Positions 40,615 to 50,481 of a DNA stretch of 64,000 bases are shown here, in pieces; within the stretch, counting starts at the first letter, position 1; the number at the start of each line of letters is the position of its first letter. Below the pieces are notes generated by a model. That model saw only the letters and a list, made by a program, of their open reading frames with translations. It made no database searches and had not been told where the DNA came from. A program made the translations under genes and the position numbers. Source of the stretch: Candidatus Falkowbacteria bacterium RIFOXYA2_FULL_47_19 (GTDB taxonomy: Bacteria > Patescibacteriota > Patescibacteriia > Patescibacteriales > UBA12075); NCBI GenBank assembly GCA_001780275.1, contig MFGB01000020.1, positions 168,813-232,812 on the forward strand, in the 5' to 3' direction.

Positions 40615-41172
40615 CTAGGCCCTTTCCACGTATTCTCCGGTTTCAGTATTGATCCTGATAATATCGCCCTCGTTGATAAAAAGAGGCACGTTTATAGTGG
40701 CGCCGGTTTCGAGTTCGACCGCTTTCGTTACGTTGCCCGCGGAATTGCCTTTTACCGCCGGAGGAGCGGAGACGACCCTGAAGTCCATCTTAATGGACAG
40801 GTTGATCGCCACCGGATTGCCGTCGAAATACAGGACTTCGACGTCAGTGCCGTCTTTGAGGTATTGTCTTTTTTCGCCGATCGAATCGAGAGAAAGCGTA
40901 AATTGCTCGTAACTTTCATTGTCCATGAAGTTGGCGTTAGTGTCGTCCGCGTACAGGAAATTAGCTTTTTTCTTTTCCGTATCGGCCTCTTCGGCCTTAT
41001 CGTTACCCTGAAAGGTTTTTTCGAGAACTGCGCCGGTAACCAGATTGCGCAATTTTACCTTAAGGACGGCTCCGCCCCGGCCCATTTTATGATGGTCGGT
41101 TTTGGTTATCACGAAAGGCTCTTTGTTTATCTGGATAACCTTGCCGACTTTTATTTCATTCATGTTTAACAT
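40615..41172 (-). CDS. efp: Elongation factor P
   Basis: HHKMGRGGA, FMDNESYEQ, ETGATINVPLFI and TGEYVER. Confidence 0.96.
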   Translation of the reverse strand: MLNMNEIKVGKVIQINKEPFVITKTDHHKMGRGGAVLKVKLRNLVTGAVLEKTFQGNDKAEEADTEKKKANFLYADDTNANFMDNESYEQFTLSLDSIGEKRQYLKDGTDVEVLYFDGNPVAINLSIKMDFRVVSAPPAVKGNSAGNVTKAVELETGATINVPLFINEGDIIRINTETGEYVERA

Positions 41173-41186
41173 AGAACACGCTAAAG

Positions 41187-41417
41187 TTATTTTTTCACGA
41201 AAGGCAATAAAGCCATTACGCGCGCCCTTTTTATGGCCGTTGCCAGCTTGCGTTGGTGCCAGGAACAGGTTCCGGTTCTATGGCGCGGCAGGATCTTCTT
41301 GTAGATATTTATGAATTTTCGGATAGTATTTATATCTTTATAATCAATATCCGAAACGTTGTTGACGCAAAAATGGCATTCTTTGTCTTTCGTCGTCATT
41401 TGATTTTGGTTGGACAT
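41187..41417 (-). CDS. rpsR: 30S ribosomal protein S18 (CxxC form)
   Basis: CHFC, IDYKD and QRKLATAIKRAR. Confidence 0.97.
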   Translation of the reverse strand: MSNQNQMTTKDKECHFCVNNVSDIDYKDINTIRKFINIYKKILPRHRTGTCSWHQRKLATAIKRARVMALLPFVKK

Positions 41418-41448
41418 AAATTAATGGAATAAATTAAGGATATTATCT

Positions 41449-41913
41449 TTAAAAAGGTATGTTTTCGACCTTGATCTCGTCGTCGGCCTGGCCGTAATCG
41501 GCCGGTTCGTTGACGTCGATTACCGGCTCGGATTTTTCCGACGGCAGCGGCGGCGCTTCGGCGGACCGGAAATTGCCGGTGTTACCGGCGCGATCCAGCA
41601 TGATCATGTTGTCGGCGATGATCTCCGTCCGATAACGCTTTACGCCGTCCTGACCGACCCAGTCCCTGGTCTGCAGGCGCCCCTCGACATAGATCTTGGA
41701 GCCTTTGCGGAGATATTGTCCGCAAATTTCGGCTAATTTCCTCCAAGCTACGATATTATGGAATTCGGCTCTTTCCTGTTTTTGCCCGCTCTGATCTTTC
41801 CATACGAAGTTCGTGGCCACTGAAAACGAAGCGACGGCCGTACCGTTAGGGGTATTCCTGACCTCTGGATCCCGGGTCAGATTGCCGATAATCATGGCTT
41901 TATTTAGATTCAT
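41449..41913 (-). CDS. ssb: Single-stranded DNA-binding protein
   Basis: [26 protein letters not shown] and C-terminal IPF. Confidence 0.97.
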   Translation of the reverse strand: MNLNKAMIIGNLTRDPEVRNTPNGTAVASFSVATNFVWKDQSGQKQERAEFHNIVAWRKLAEICGQYLRKGSKIYVEGRLQTRDWVGQDGVKRYRTEIIADNMIMLDRAGNTGNFRSAEAPPLPSEKSEPVIDVNEPADYGQADDEIKVENIPF

Positions 41914-41999
41914 AATTTTTCTTTTTACCGCGTTCGCCATGAACGAGGAAAAATTAATTATTATTTTCTAATTTTAAGGAAGCGGAAAACCGTAACATC

Positions 42000-42485
42000 C
42001 TATAATAAATCGTCCGTTTCGAGTATTTTATCCAATTTTTCATCCAATTCCAGCATATTGACCCTGGTTTTGGTTTTTTCTTTTTCCAGTTCGTTCTTCT
42101 TTTTTTCGTCCTCTTTGGCCCTGACCGCTCTTTCGCGCGCCCTCTCTTTTTCCTTATTATTGGCCGCTTCTTTTTTTATCTCCTTAACTACTATCTGGTA
42201 GCGTAATATTTCGCTCGTAATGCGAAAAACATGGGAGATCTTCTGCATTTTTTCCCCTGGGGTCGTAAATTCGACCAGGTTATAATACCCGTAATTCTGA
42301 TGTTTGATCGGGTAGGCCAGTTTCTTATTTCCCCATTCTTCGGTCCTTAAGATCTGTCCGCCGTTATCCGTTATGATCTTGTTTACCTTGTCCATTATCG
42401 GTTTTAATTCCTCGGCCGTATAAGTGTTTGACACGATATAAAGCAATTCATATTGGGGTGCTTCCGATTTTTTAGTTTTTGACAT
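42000..42485 (-). CDS. rpsF: 30S ribosomal protein S6
   Basis: YELLYI, WGNKKLAYPI; rpsF-ssb-rpsR synteny. Confidence 0.96.
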   Translation of the reverse strand: MSKTKKSEAPQYELLYIVSNTYTAEELKPIMDKVNKIITDNGGQILRTEEWGNKKLAYPIKHQNYGYYNLVEFTTPGEKMQKISHVFRITSEILRYQIVVKEIKKEAANNKEKERARERAVRAKEDEKKKNELEKEKTKTRVNMLELDEKLDKILETDDLL

Positions 42486-42699
42486 AATTAGTGGATTAGT
42501 TAATAATCAGGCCTAAATAAAAATCCCTAAGATATTCTCTAATATTAGGGAGTTTTGAGAATACCTTTGGTTGCGTCGAGTGTTGACGCAACCACCCCGC
42601 GCGGGCGGGATACGGAAAAGGCCTTTAAGTTGTTATTATGAGCTTAGCACAAGAATAAAAAAATTGCAAGGCAAGCGTATATTGTGGTAGATTTATGAT

Positions 42700-43236
42700 A
42701 TGGGGAGTATTTTTATGTCCATTATCGTAATTTTTCTGGCCGTTATCCTGGGAACGACCGCGATCGCTTCCGGTTCATTGGCTCCCTGGGTGCCGACCCG
42801 GAGGAAGGATTTGCGGCGGATTTATCGGTTGGCCTCCATAAGATCCGGAGAAATCTTTTATGATCTGGGCGCCGGCGACGGCCGCGTGGCTTTTTATATA
42901 GCCCGCCATTCCGGAGGGCGGGTGGTCGGTATTGAGTTGTCTTTGCTGTTTTATCTTCTGTGCTTCGTAAAAAGAGCGCTGTCAGGCGTAAAAAATCTTA
43001 GTTTCAGATTTAGGGATATATACGGTGAGGATCTGACGGACGCGGACGCAGTCTTCGTTTTTCCGGCCTCCCGTCGCGCTCTTCGGGGGAAGCTTTCGGA
43101 AAAATTAAAGCAGGAGCTAAAACTTGGCGCGCGGGTTATCACCTACGTTTTTCCGATCGAAGGTTGGACGCCGGATGTGGTCGATAAACCGGACGGGCAA
43201 GACGTGGCGATTTATTTATACAAGAAGTGGGGTTGA
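42700..43236 (+). CDS. Class I SAM-dependent methyltransferase with N-terminal TM
   Basis: APWVPT, YDLGAGDGR, GIE and GARVITYVFPI. Confidence 0.88.
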   Translation: MGSIFMSIIVIFLAVILGTTAIASGSLAPWVPTRRKDLRRIYRLASIRSGEIFYDLGAGDGRVAFYIARHSGGRVVGIELSLLFYLLCFVKRALSGVKNLSFRFRDIYGEDLTDADAVFVFPASRRALRGKLSEKLKQELKLGARVITYVFPIEGWTPDVVDKPDGQDVAIYLYKKWG

Positions 43237-43283
43237 TTTTTTATAACTGAAATCACACAAATTATAATATAATTTATCGCGTT

Positions 43284-44477
43284 ATGAAATATTTTTTTGT
43301 TTTAGGGAGCAACCCTGCCTTATCCGTTGCCGAGCTGGCGTCGGTTTTCGGATTGGCGGAAAAAGAGGAAATGGCCGTTGGCGCCGGCTACTGCGGCGGC
43401 AAGGTTTTTTTGTTGGAAACGGACGCGAAGATCGATGCCGCCGCGCTAATAAAGAATCTGGGCGGTACAGTCAAGATCGGCGTTATTCACGACGAATCCG
43501 GAGTAAGTACCCGGGAGCTCTTATCTATAATCACGCCGCGCCTCGAGCCCGGAGAGGGCAAATTCAATTTCGGCCTGTCTTTTTACGGATCGAGAAAGAT
43601 GTATTTGAAACCTTTGGGCATGGAAATAAAAAAGTATTTGCGCGAACGCGGTACCGTCTGCCGCTGGGTGGTAAGCCGGGAAACCACCCTGTCGAGCGTG
43701 GTGGTCGAGCAAAATAAGTTGACGACCGGAGGTGCGGAAATAGTATTGTTGCAAAAAGGCGATAAGGTACTTGTTGGCCGAACCCTCTCCGTTCAGCCGT
43801 TCAAAGAATTGTCTTTTCGCGATTATGGCCGGCCGGCGCGGGACGACCGGTCCGGCATGCTTCCTCCGAAGCTGGCGCAGATCATGATCAATCTCGCGCG
43901 CGCGCCGAAAGACGGCGTTATCCTCGATCCCTTTTGCGGTTCCGGCACGATCCTTACGGAGGCCGCGCTCTTGGGTTATAAAAATCTGATCGGAGCGGAC
44001 ATTTCAGATAAAGCGGTCGAGGATACGAAAAAAAATATGGATTGGATAAAAGATAGATTTCAAATTACGGATTACGATTTACGGATCTCGAATACCGATG
44101 CTATCGAGCTGTCGCGAAACGTTAAGTCGCGGTCAGTGGACGCGATCATTACCGAACCTTACCTCGGACCGCAGCGCGGCCCGGTCGATATTGAAACAAC
44201 GAAGAAAGAGCTGACCGAACTCTATTCTAAGGCCTTGTCCGAATTTAAAAAGATCCTTGCGCTCAACGGCCGGATCGTTATGATCTGGCCGGTATTCCAT
44301 GCCGCGAGGAATTCACAATTCATTACCCCGGACATGAAAGGTTTTAAAATATTTAATCCTATTCCGAAGCTTTTGCGCGCCAACGCCGCCGTCGAACTTA
44401 CGGCCCGGGACACGATCATCTACGGCCGCCCCGGCCAAAAGGTTTGGAGGGAGGTCGTTATCTTAGAAGCGTCCTAA
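43284..44477 (+). CDS. Trm11-like RNA guanine-N2 methyltransferase
   Basis: GMLPPKLAQIMINL, ILDPFCGSGTI and TEPYLG. Confidence 0.8.
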   Translation: MKYFFVLGSNPALSVAELASVFGLAEKEEMAVGAGYCGGKVFLLETDAKIDAAALIKNLGGTVKIGVIHDESGVSTRELLSIITPRLEPGEGKFNFGLSFYGSRKMYLKPLGMEIKKYLRERGTVCRWVVSRETTLSSVVVEQNKLTTGGAEIVLLQKGDKVLVGRTLSVQPFKELSFRDYGRPARDDRSGMLPPKLAQIMINLARAPKDGVILDPFCGSGTILTEAALLGYKNLIGADISDKAVEDTKKNMDWIKDRFQITDYDLRISNTDAIELSRNVKSRSVDAIITEPYLGPQRGPVDIETTKKELTELYSKALSEFKKILALNGRIVMIWPVFHAARNSQFITPDMKGFKIFNPIPKLLRANAAVELTARDTIIYGRPGQKVWREVVILEAS

Positions 44478-44587
44478 GGCGATTGATATTTTTGTTGGGC
44501 TTTTAGGGATCGTCTTTTTTATACTTTTTTTATAATTTAAAAACCCGAACCCGATCAAAGGTTGGGTTTTTGTATGTAACTTGTTTT

Positions 44588-45649
44588 TTATTTCCCGATC
44601 AAGTAATTACATATATCCCCGTCCTGTATAATATAGTCTTTCCCCTCGGTACGAAGCCAGCCTTTTTCGCGGGCGGAAGATTCGCTTCCGGCCTCGATGA
44701 ATTTTTCCCAGCCGATCACTTCGGCGCGGATAAAGCCTTTTTCAAAATCAGTATGGATCACGCCGGCCGCCTGCGGCGCCTTGGATCCGGACCCGACCGT
44801 CCAGGCCCGGGTTTCGTCCGCCCCGGTCGTGAAAAAGGTGATAAGCCCCAAAAGAGAGTATGACGCCTGTACCAATTTATCCAGGCCGCTTTTTTGAAGC
44901 CCAAGTTCCTTTATATATTCGGCCTGCTCTTCCGGCGGGAGTCCGGCGATCTCTTCTTCCTGCTTGATATTCATGGTCAGGGTCGCCCCATCCCAATCCC
45001 GTTTGTTCTCCGTTGACGCGTCGTTGGCATTTAAAATATAAATTACCGGTTTTAAACTTAAAAGACTTAAACCCTTTAGCATCTTTTTTTCTTCATCGTC
45101 GTATTCGAGCGCGCGGGCCGGCTCGCCCCTATCCAAAACCGTTTTTAGTTTATCCAGCAATTTCTGCAGTTTGACGGCGTCTTTGGCGCCACTCTTGGCC
45201 TCTTTGGCGGTTTTAGCCAGTCTTTTTTCCACCGTTTGCATGTCTGCGAATATGAGCTCCAGGCTTATTGTATCATGGTCCCGTTCCGGGTCGATTCCGC
45301 CGTCGACATGAATAATATTATTGTCCGCGAAATCGCGCACCACTTCGCAGATCGCGTCGCACTCCCGGACATTGGCCAGGAATTGATTGCCTAAACCCTC
45401 GCCCTTGTGGGCGCCTTTGACCAGGCCGGCGATATCCACGAATTCGATCGCGGCCGGAATTATCTTTTTGGGTTTCGAGACCGCGGCGATCTTCGACAGC
45501 CGCTCATCCGGCACGGCCACGACCCCGACATTGGGATCGATCGTGCAGAATGGATAATTCGAAGCTTCCACGCCTTTCTTTGTTAACGCGTTAAACAGGG
45601 TCGATTTGCCGACATTGGGTAAGCCGACGATACCGATTGAGAGAGACAT
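44588..45649 (-). CDS. ychF: Ribosome-binding ATPase YchF
   Basis: [30 protein letters not shown] and [13 protein letters not shown]. Confidence 0.98.
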   Translation of the reverse strand: MSLSIGIVGLPNVGKSTLFNALTKKGVEASNYPFCTIDPNVGVVAVPDERLSKIAAVSKPKKIIPAAIEFVDIAGLVKGAHKGEGLGNQFLANVRECDAICEVVRDFADNNIIHVDGGIDPERDHDTISLELIFADMQTVEKRLAKTAKEAKSGAKDAVKLQKLLDKLKTVLDRGEPARALEYDDEEKKMLKGLSLLSLKPVIYILNANDASTENKRDWDGATLTMNIKQEEEIAGLPPEEQAEYIKELGLQKSGLDKLVQASYSLLGLITFFTTGADETRAWTVGSGSKAPQAAGVIHTDFEKGFIRAEVIGWEKFIEAGSESSAREKGWLRTEGKDYIIQDGDICNYLIGK

Positions 45650-45861
45650 ATTTTTATGCTAATCTTATTAATGGGATCATTTAAATTCCTTTAAATCTTA
45701 CCAAACAAATATTTGTTTGGCAAATATTTAATATTAGCCTAAAATAAAATACTATTGATTTTTAATCAATTTTTAATTTTTTTATAATACAATATTATCG
45801 AATCATGCGGAGAATAGCTATTATCCGCGGTAAATTAAATAATAATTAAACAGTTAAAATT

Positions 45862-46575
45862 ATGACAATCTTAGTGGTTGAAGACGAAGTAAAAATAACG
45901 CGTTTTATCAAAAAGGGACTCGAAATGGAGCATTATACGGTTGACGTGGCTTATGACGGCAAAGAGGGCCTGGAAAAAGCGGAGATAAACAGCTATGACC
46001 TGATCATACTGGACATCATGCTGCCCAAACTGGACGGTATTGAGGTGTGCAAAAAGCTTAGAGAAAATAAAGTTGAAACACCCATAATAATGCTTACTGC
46101 CCGCGACACGGTCGATGACCGCGTGCGGGGACTCGATGCCGGAGCCGATGATTATCTGGTAAAGCCTTTTGCTTTCGGCGAGCTGGTCGCGCGGATAAGG
46201 GCCCTGCTGCGGCGCGAGAAGACCATAAAGACCACGAAGCTCCAGGTCGGCGACCTTACCCTGGATCCGGCTACGCACGAAGTTTTTCGCGGCGGCAAGG
46301 AGATCCAGCTGTCAAGCAAAGAATATCGTTTGCTCGACTATATGATGAGGCGTCCGGGCCTTGTCTGCACCCGCACCATGATCGGAGAGCATATTTGGGG
46401 ATATAACTTTACCGATGACTCCAACGTGATTGATGTTTATATCAGCTATCTCAGGCGCAAGGTCGATAGCGGCTTCAAGAGCCGCCTGATCCATACCGTA
46501 CGCGACGTCGGTTATAAGATCCAGGACAAAAGCCAAAAAATAAATAGCATAAAAAATGGAACAGACAAGCAATAA
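45862..46575 (+). CDS. OmpR-family response regulator
   Basis: ILVVEDE, LDIMLP, GADDYLVKPF and NVIDVYISYLRRKV. Confidence 0.96.
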   Translation: MTILVVEDEVKITRFIKKGLEMEHYTVDVAYDGKEGLEKAEINSYDLIILDIMLPKLDGIEVCKKLRENKVETPIIMLTARDTVDDRVRGLDAGADDYLVKPFAFGELVARIRALLRREKTIKTTKLQVGDLTLDPATHEVFRGGKEIQLSSKEYRLLDYMMRRPGLVCTRTMIGEHIWGYNFTDDSNVIDVYISYLRRKVDSGFKSRLIHTVRDVGYKIQDKSQKINSIKNGTDKQ

Positions 46576-49075
46576 TAAAACGCTTGACTCCTTAGATGGC
46601 GCCTTGGATTTGATTTTGTCTAAGATCGGAAGTAGCGCCGGATATCCGGATGAAGAACTGGCGGCAATGGGGAATGTACTGGAAAAAGCGGGACTGAGTT
46701 TTGTTTTGCACGTAATCAGCGGTAACAAGACCGCCATCAAGCAGCAAAGGATCCATCCTGATCACGTATCTTTTTTTTCCAACAAAGCCTTTTCTTTTTC
46801 ACGCGAAGAATTATCGCGCTATAAAATAGTTAAAGAGCCTGTTTTTGCTTCTGCCGGCGATCGGCCGATGAATTCCGTGGTCGCCCCGGTAATTTTTAAT
46901 GACAGCCTGATCGCTTTTTTTGAATTCTTTTCTTTCGACCTTAAAGAGAAACATGCGGGATTTTTTAAAAAAATAACACATAGGCTGGCTCCGCGCATCG
47001 TGAGTCTTTTTTTATTGGGCGGGTTAAATAATGATAAATATCAGGATCTTTTCCACAATGCCGTCGACGCCATCGCCATCATAGATAAAAACGGCTATAT
47101 CACGCTTGCGAATCCGGCCGCTCTTAAGTTATTCGGTTACGAGGAAGAAGCTTTGGAAGAATGTCATTTTTCGCGATTTATCCACCCCGATGATTGCGCC
47201 CAGATATTGCGGATATTTCACGATCTTGTGCTGGGAAAGAAGAAGATCCGTTTTACCGGCGAAACAAGGATCGTGGATAATTTTAATAACATAAAATATT
47301 TCAATTACGCGGTTACTGGGATTAGGCGAGACGGAAAAATAACCGGTTTCGAGGTTATCGGACGCGACGTTACCGAAAACAAGAAGCTTATAGAGGATAT
47401 AAGGCAAGCCAAAGATCATTATGAAAGCATTATCAACACCATTAAAGAGGGTATTGTGGTAATAGATAAAAATCAGACCATCACCAGTTGTAATAAGGCC
47501 TTTATCTCCAGGGTCGGATTGCCTTTCGATAAAATCAGGGGGCAAAGATGCGATAAAATGCTCGTTCGTTATGACGGCGGCGTCTTGGAAAACCGCTGCG
47601 GCCGGAAGGGGTGCTTTCGGGGATGCGGGATCAAAAAGGTTTTTTCGGAGAGAAAAGCCTTTATATACACGGAAACCAACCATGATAAAACCGGGCTTAT
47701 CCGTCATCACCAGATAAGCGTTTTTCCCACCGAAAACAGGCAAGGAGAAATTTATCAGGTGGTCATGTCCATACGGGATATTACGAACAGAAAGGAGAAC
47801 GAGAGAAGCCTTATCAAGTTAAACGAATTTAATCGCCGCATCCTCGACAACGCGCCGGTCAGCATTATAGTTTTAGACAAGAAGGGATTCATAGTGACCA
47901 TCAATAATTTAGCCGCCGTGATCATAAACGAACCGGTCAAAAAGATTATCGGCAGTAAACTTATCGAAGATTCCAGCATAAAAAAATTCGACGATCTGGT
48001 GTGGAGCTATAAGGAGTTATTGCGAAAAGGAAAGTCTTTTTATTATAATAATATGCCCTACCGGCATGCTTCCGGGCGACAGAGATATTTAAATATCGTC
48101 GCCGTTCCGCTGTTGGATAAAAACAAGAAAGTTGACGGCGCTATTTCCATGGCCCTGGACAACACCGAAACGGTTTTAGCTAAGCAAAAGCTGGAGAATA
48201 TGAACAAAGACCTGGAGAAAAAGGTCAAGTTGCGCACCCAGGAGCTTAATATCGCCAACCATACGCTCAAGACCGCTCTTGAGTCCAAATCAAAATTCAT
48301 GGCTGACGCCTCGCACGAGATCAGGACCCCTTTGACCATCATCAAGGGCAATCTTGACCTGGCTATTTGGGGGGCGAAAACGGAGAGCGGGGAAATTCCG
48401 GAAATATTCCTGCTGATCGACAAAGAGATAAAATTCATTACCAATATATTATCCGATCTGACCATGCTTACCAATATAGATTCCAACACCGAGAGGCTTA
48501 ATCTGGGAAGGGTTAATTTAGGAGAGTTGATCGAAGGGGTGGGGGCGTCTTTGCGGGCGGTCGCGCGGGAAAAAGAAGTTGCCCTAAAATATCCGACTAA
48601 ATACAGTCGGAGAAATGGCGCAAATTGGTCTTATTCTGCCCGATGGGAAAAACTGGAAATAACCGGTGATCGGGAAAAACTGGAAAAATTGCTTTTAAAC
48701 CTCATGCGGAATGCCATTAAGTATTCGAAAAAACAGGGTTATGTCAAGGTTTGGGCCGAAAGCGACAAAAAAGGAGTCCGAGTAATAGTAGAAGACAACG
48801 GCATCGGCATACCGAAGAGCGATCTTCCGCATATTTTTGAACGTTTTTTCCGCGTCAATCGAGTCAGATCAAGAAGCGAAGGCGGCACCGGCCTCGGTCT
48901 TGCGATATGCAAATGGATAACCGAAACGCACGGCGGAACCATCTGTGCGGAAAGCGTACTTCACCAAGGTTCGAAATTTACGGTCTTTTTGCCATTTCAG
49001 GCGGCCAGAGGGGCGAACAAAGAGGTCCTGAACCAGCCTTGGTTTTTGCGCGAAAAACCACACATTACGGCATGA
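46556..49075 (+). CDS. Soluble multi-PAS sensor histidine kinase
   Basis: Three PAS/PAC units; ASHEIRTPLT H-box; NAIKY, DNGIGI, ERFFR and GTGLGL. Confidence 0.95.
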   Translation: MEQTSNNKTLDSLDGALDLILSKIGSSAGYPDEELAAMGNVLEKAGLSFVLHVISGNKTAIKQQRIHPDHVSFFSNKAFSFSREELSRYKIVKEPVFASAGDRPMNSVVAPVIFNDSLIAFFEFFSFDLKEKHAGFFKKITHRLAPRIVSLFLLGGLNNDKYQDLFHNAVDAIAIIDKNGYITLANPAALKLFGYEEEALEECHFSRFIHPDDCAQILRIFHDLVLGKKKIRFTGETRIVDNFNNIKYFNYAVTGIRRDGKITGFEVIGRDVTENKKLIEDIRQAKDHYESIINTIKEGIVVIDKNQTITSCNKAFISRVGLPFDKIRGQRCDKMLVRYDGGVLENRCGRKGCFRGCGIKKVFSERKAFIYTETNHDKTGLIRHHQISVFPTENRQGEIYQVVMSIRDITNRKENERSLIKLNEFNRRILDNAPVSIIVLDKKGFIVTINNLAAVIINEPVKKIIGSKLIEDSSIKKFDDLVWSYKELLRKGKSFYYNNMPYRHASGRQRYLNIVAVPLLDKNKKVDGAISMALDNTETVLAKQKLENMNKDLEKKVKLRTQELNIANHTLKTALESKSKFMADASHEIRTPLTIIKGNLDLAIWGAKTESGEIPEIFLLIDKEIKFITNILSDLTMLTNIDSNTERLNLGRVNLGELIEGVGASLRAVAREKEVALKYPTKYSRRNGANWSYSARWEKLEITGDREKLEKLLLNLMRNAIKYSKKQGYVKVWAESDKKGVRVIVEDNGIGIPKSDLPHIFERFFRVNRVRSRSEGGTGLGLAICKWITETHGGTICAESVLHQGSKFTVFLPFQAARGANKEVLNQPWFLREKPHITA

Positions 49076-49192
49076 TTTTTACGAAAAAGGAAAGGTTTTT
49101 CACCCGCCCGGAGGCGGTTTTTTGTCGCTTGATTTTTTTTTGATATTAAGGTAATATTAGAATTAATAATACATTAAATTTAATGCATCTTT

Positions 49193-50002
49193 ATGCTGGA
49201 AAGACTATTCAGACGGAACAACAAGGAGCGGTCGCCGCACCTTGCCGAAAATGACGAATCGGCAGAAGCCGTCAAAAAGGAAAAATTGCCGGTCGTTTTT
49301 TTATCGCCGGCAGTAAAAGAAGAATTGGAAAAAAACAGCTTTTTACAGAAAGCCGTCGGTGATATTTATGAATTAGACGATGATCTGACCGCGCGGACCG
49401 GCGGCGCATATAATTTCGATACCTACAAGCACTCGCTTAATATCGCCAACTTGATCGCCGAAAAAGCGGAAAAACTGGCTATTGATCCTGCCGCGGCCAA
49501 ACTCATGATCCGGGCAGCCATCATGCATGATGTCGGAAAAACAAAAATGCCGGCCGAAGTCCTGACCCGTCCGACCAGCTTGACTGCCGAGGAAAAGGCT
49601 GTGCATGTCAGGGAGAGCGTGAAATACTTGAAGGATGTCATTGCGCAAAAATCTCTTTCTTCGGAAGAGGCGGAAGAATTCGAAAAATTACTCTATATTG
49701 TGGGCGGCCATCACAATGAGGACGGTTATCCCAGAAAGGGTCAGGAAAGAAGAAGGGGGGGCGAACCGATACAGTCAGAATCCGAACGCCGCTCCCGCAG
49801 CCGGCGGCGTGATTTCGGTCCGGAAACGGAAGACGCGCGTCGTTTTTTCGCGGAATTTGATAAATACGAAAGTCTGCGAAGCCCCAGGGTCTATAAAGGG
49901 TCACGGACCGCCGAAGAAATTGAAAGCTTATTGTCCAGTATATTTGTGCGCTCCGAAGACGGCAAAAGAATAGAGGCGCTTCTGGAAAAAACCCCGTACT
50001 GA
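49193..50002 (+). CDS. HD-GYP-like HD domain protein
   Basis: TYKHS, MHDVGK, GGHH..DGYP and DKYESLRSPRVYK. Confidence 0.78.
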   Translation: MLERLFRRNNKERSPHLAENDESAEAVKKEKLPVVFLSPAVKEELEKNSFLQKAVGDIYELDDDLTARTGGAYNFDTYKHSLNIANLIAEKAEKLAIDPAAAKLMIRAAIMHDVGKTKMPAEVLTRPTSLTAEEKAVHVRESVKYLKDVIAQKSLSSEEAEEFEKLLYIVGGHHNEDGYPRKGQERRRGGEPIQSESERRSRSRRRDFGPETEDARRFFAEFDKYESLRSPRVYKGSRTAEEIESLLSSIFVRSEDGKRIEALLEKTPY

Positions 50003-50068
50003 GAACGAGTTTTTAAGAATAATAAAAGAGGACCGCATGGCGCAGTCCTCGTTTTTTATTTTCGATGT

Positions 50069-50263
50069 TTATTTGAAAAATTCCACCATCGCCTCGTCCG
50101 GTATGGCTCCGCAGTTAAAATCGAAAGACCGGTAAGTTATGCCGTTTACGGTCGCTCGTTCATAACGGGTGCGGTCTTTGATCAGCCGCTGTAGACGGGT
50201 TAAATTAAGGTTCGGTTCCCATTTTACTTTATTTTCGGTTTTATCCCTGATCACGGTGATCAT
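50069..50263 (-). CDS. ThiS/MoaD-like ubiquitin-fold protein lacking C-terminal GG
   Basis: Aligns by eye with the neighbouring ThiS (MITV, W.P.L.L, VNG, DF, IPD.A); SD GGAGGAG. Confidence 0.65.
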   Translation of the reverse strand: MITVIRDKTENKVKWEPNLNLTRLQRLIKDRTRYERATVNGITYRSFDFNCGAIPDEAMVEFFK

Positions 50264-50283
50264 GGCCGACTCCTCCGCGACGT

Positions 50284-50481
50284 TCAGCCTCCGGCTATGG
50301 ACATAAGTTTTATAACGGCTCCGTCGGGTATTATGTGATTTTCGAAATCTTTCCTGGCTATTCCCCGGCCGTTCACGTAAATAAGTCCGACCGGAGCTAT
50401 GATCTTCAAATCCGTGAGCATTTGCTTCAGGCTTAAATCCGGCCGCCAGGGATAGTTCGCGCCTTCAACCGTGATCATCAT
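50284..50481 (-). CDS. ThiS/MoaD family sulfur carrier
   Basis: 65 aa with VNG...IPDGAVIKL and C-terminal AGG; overlaps the AOR stop. Confidence 0.88.
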   Translation of the reverse strand: MMITVEGANYPWRPDLSLKQMLTDLKIIAPVGLIYVNGRGIARKDFENHIIPDGAVIKLMSIAGG

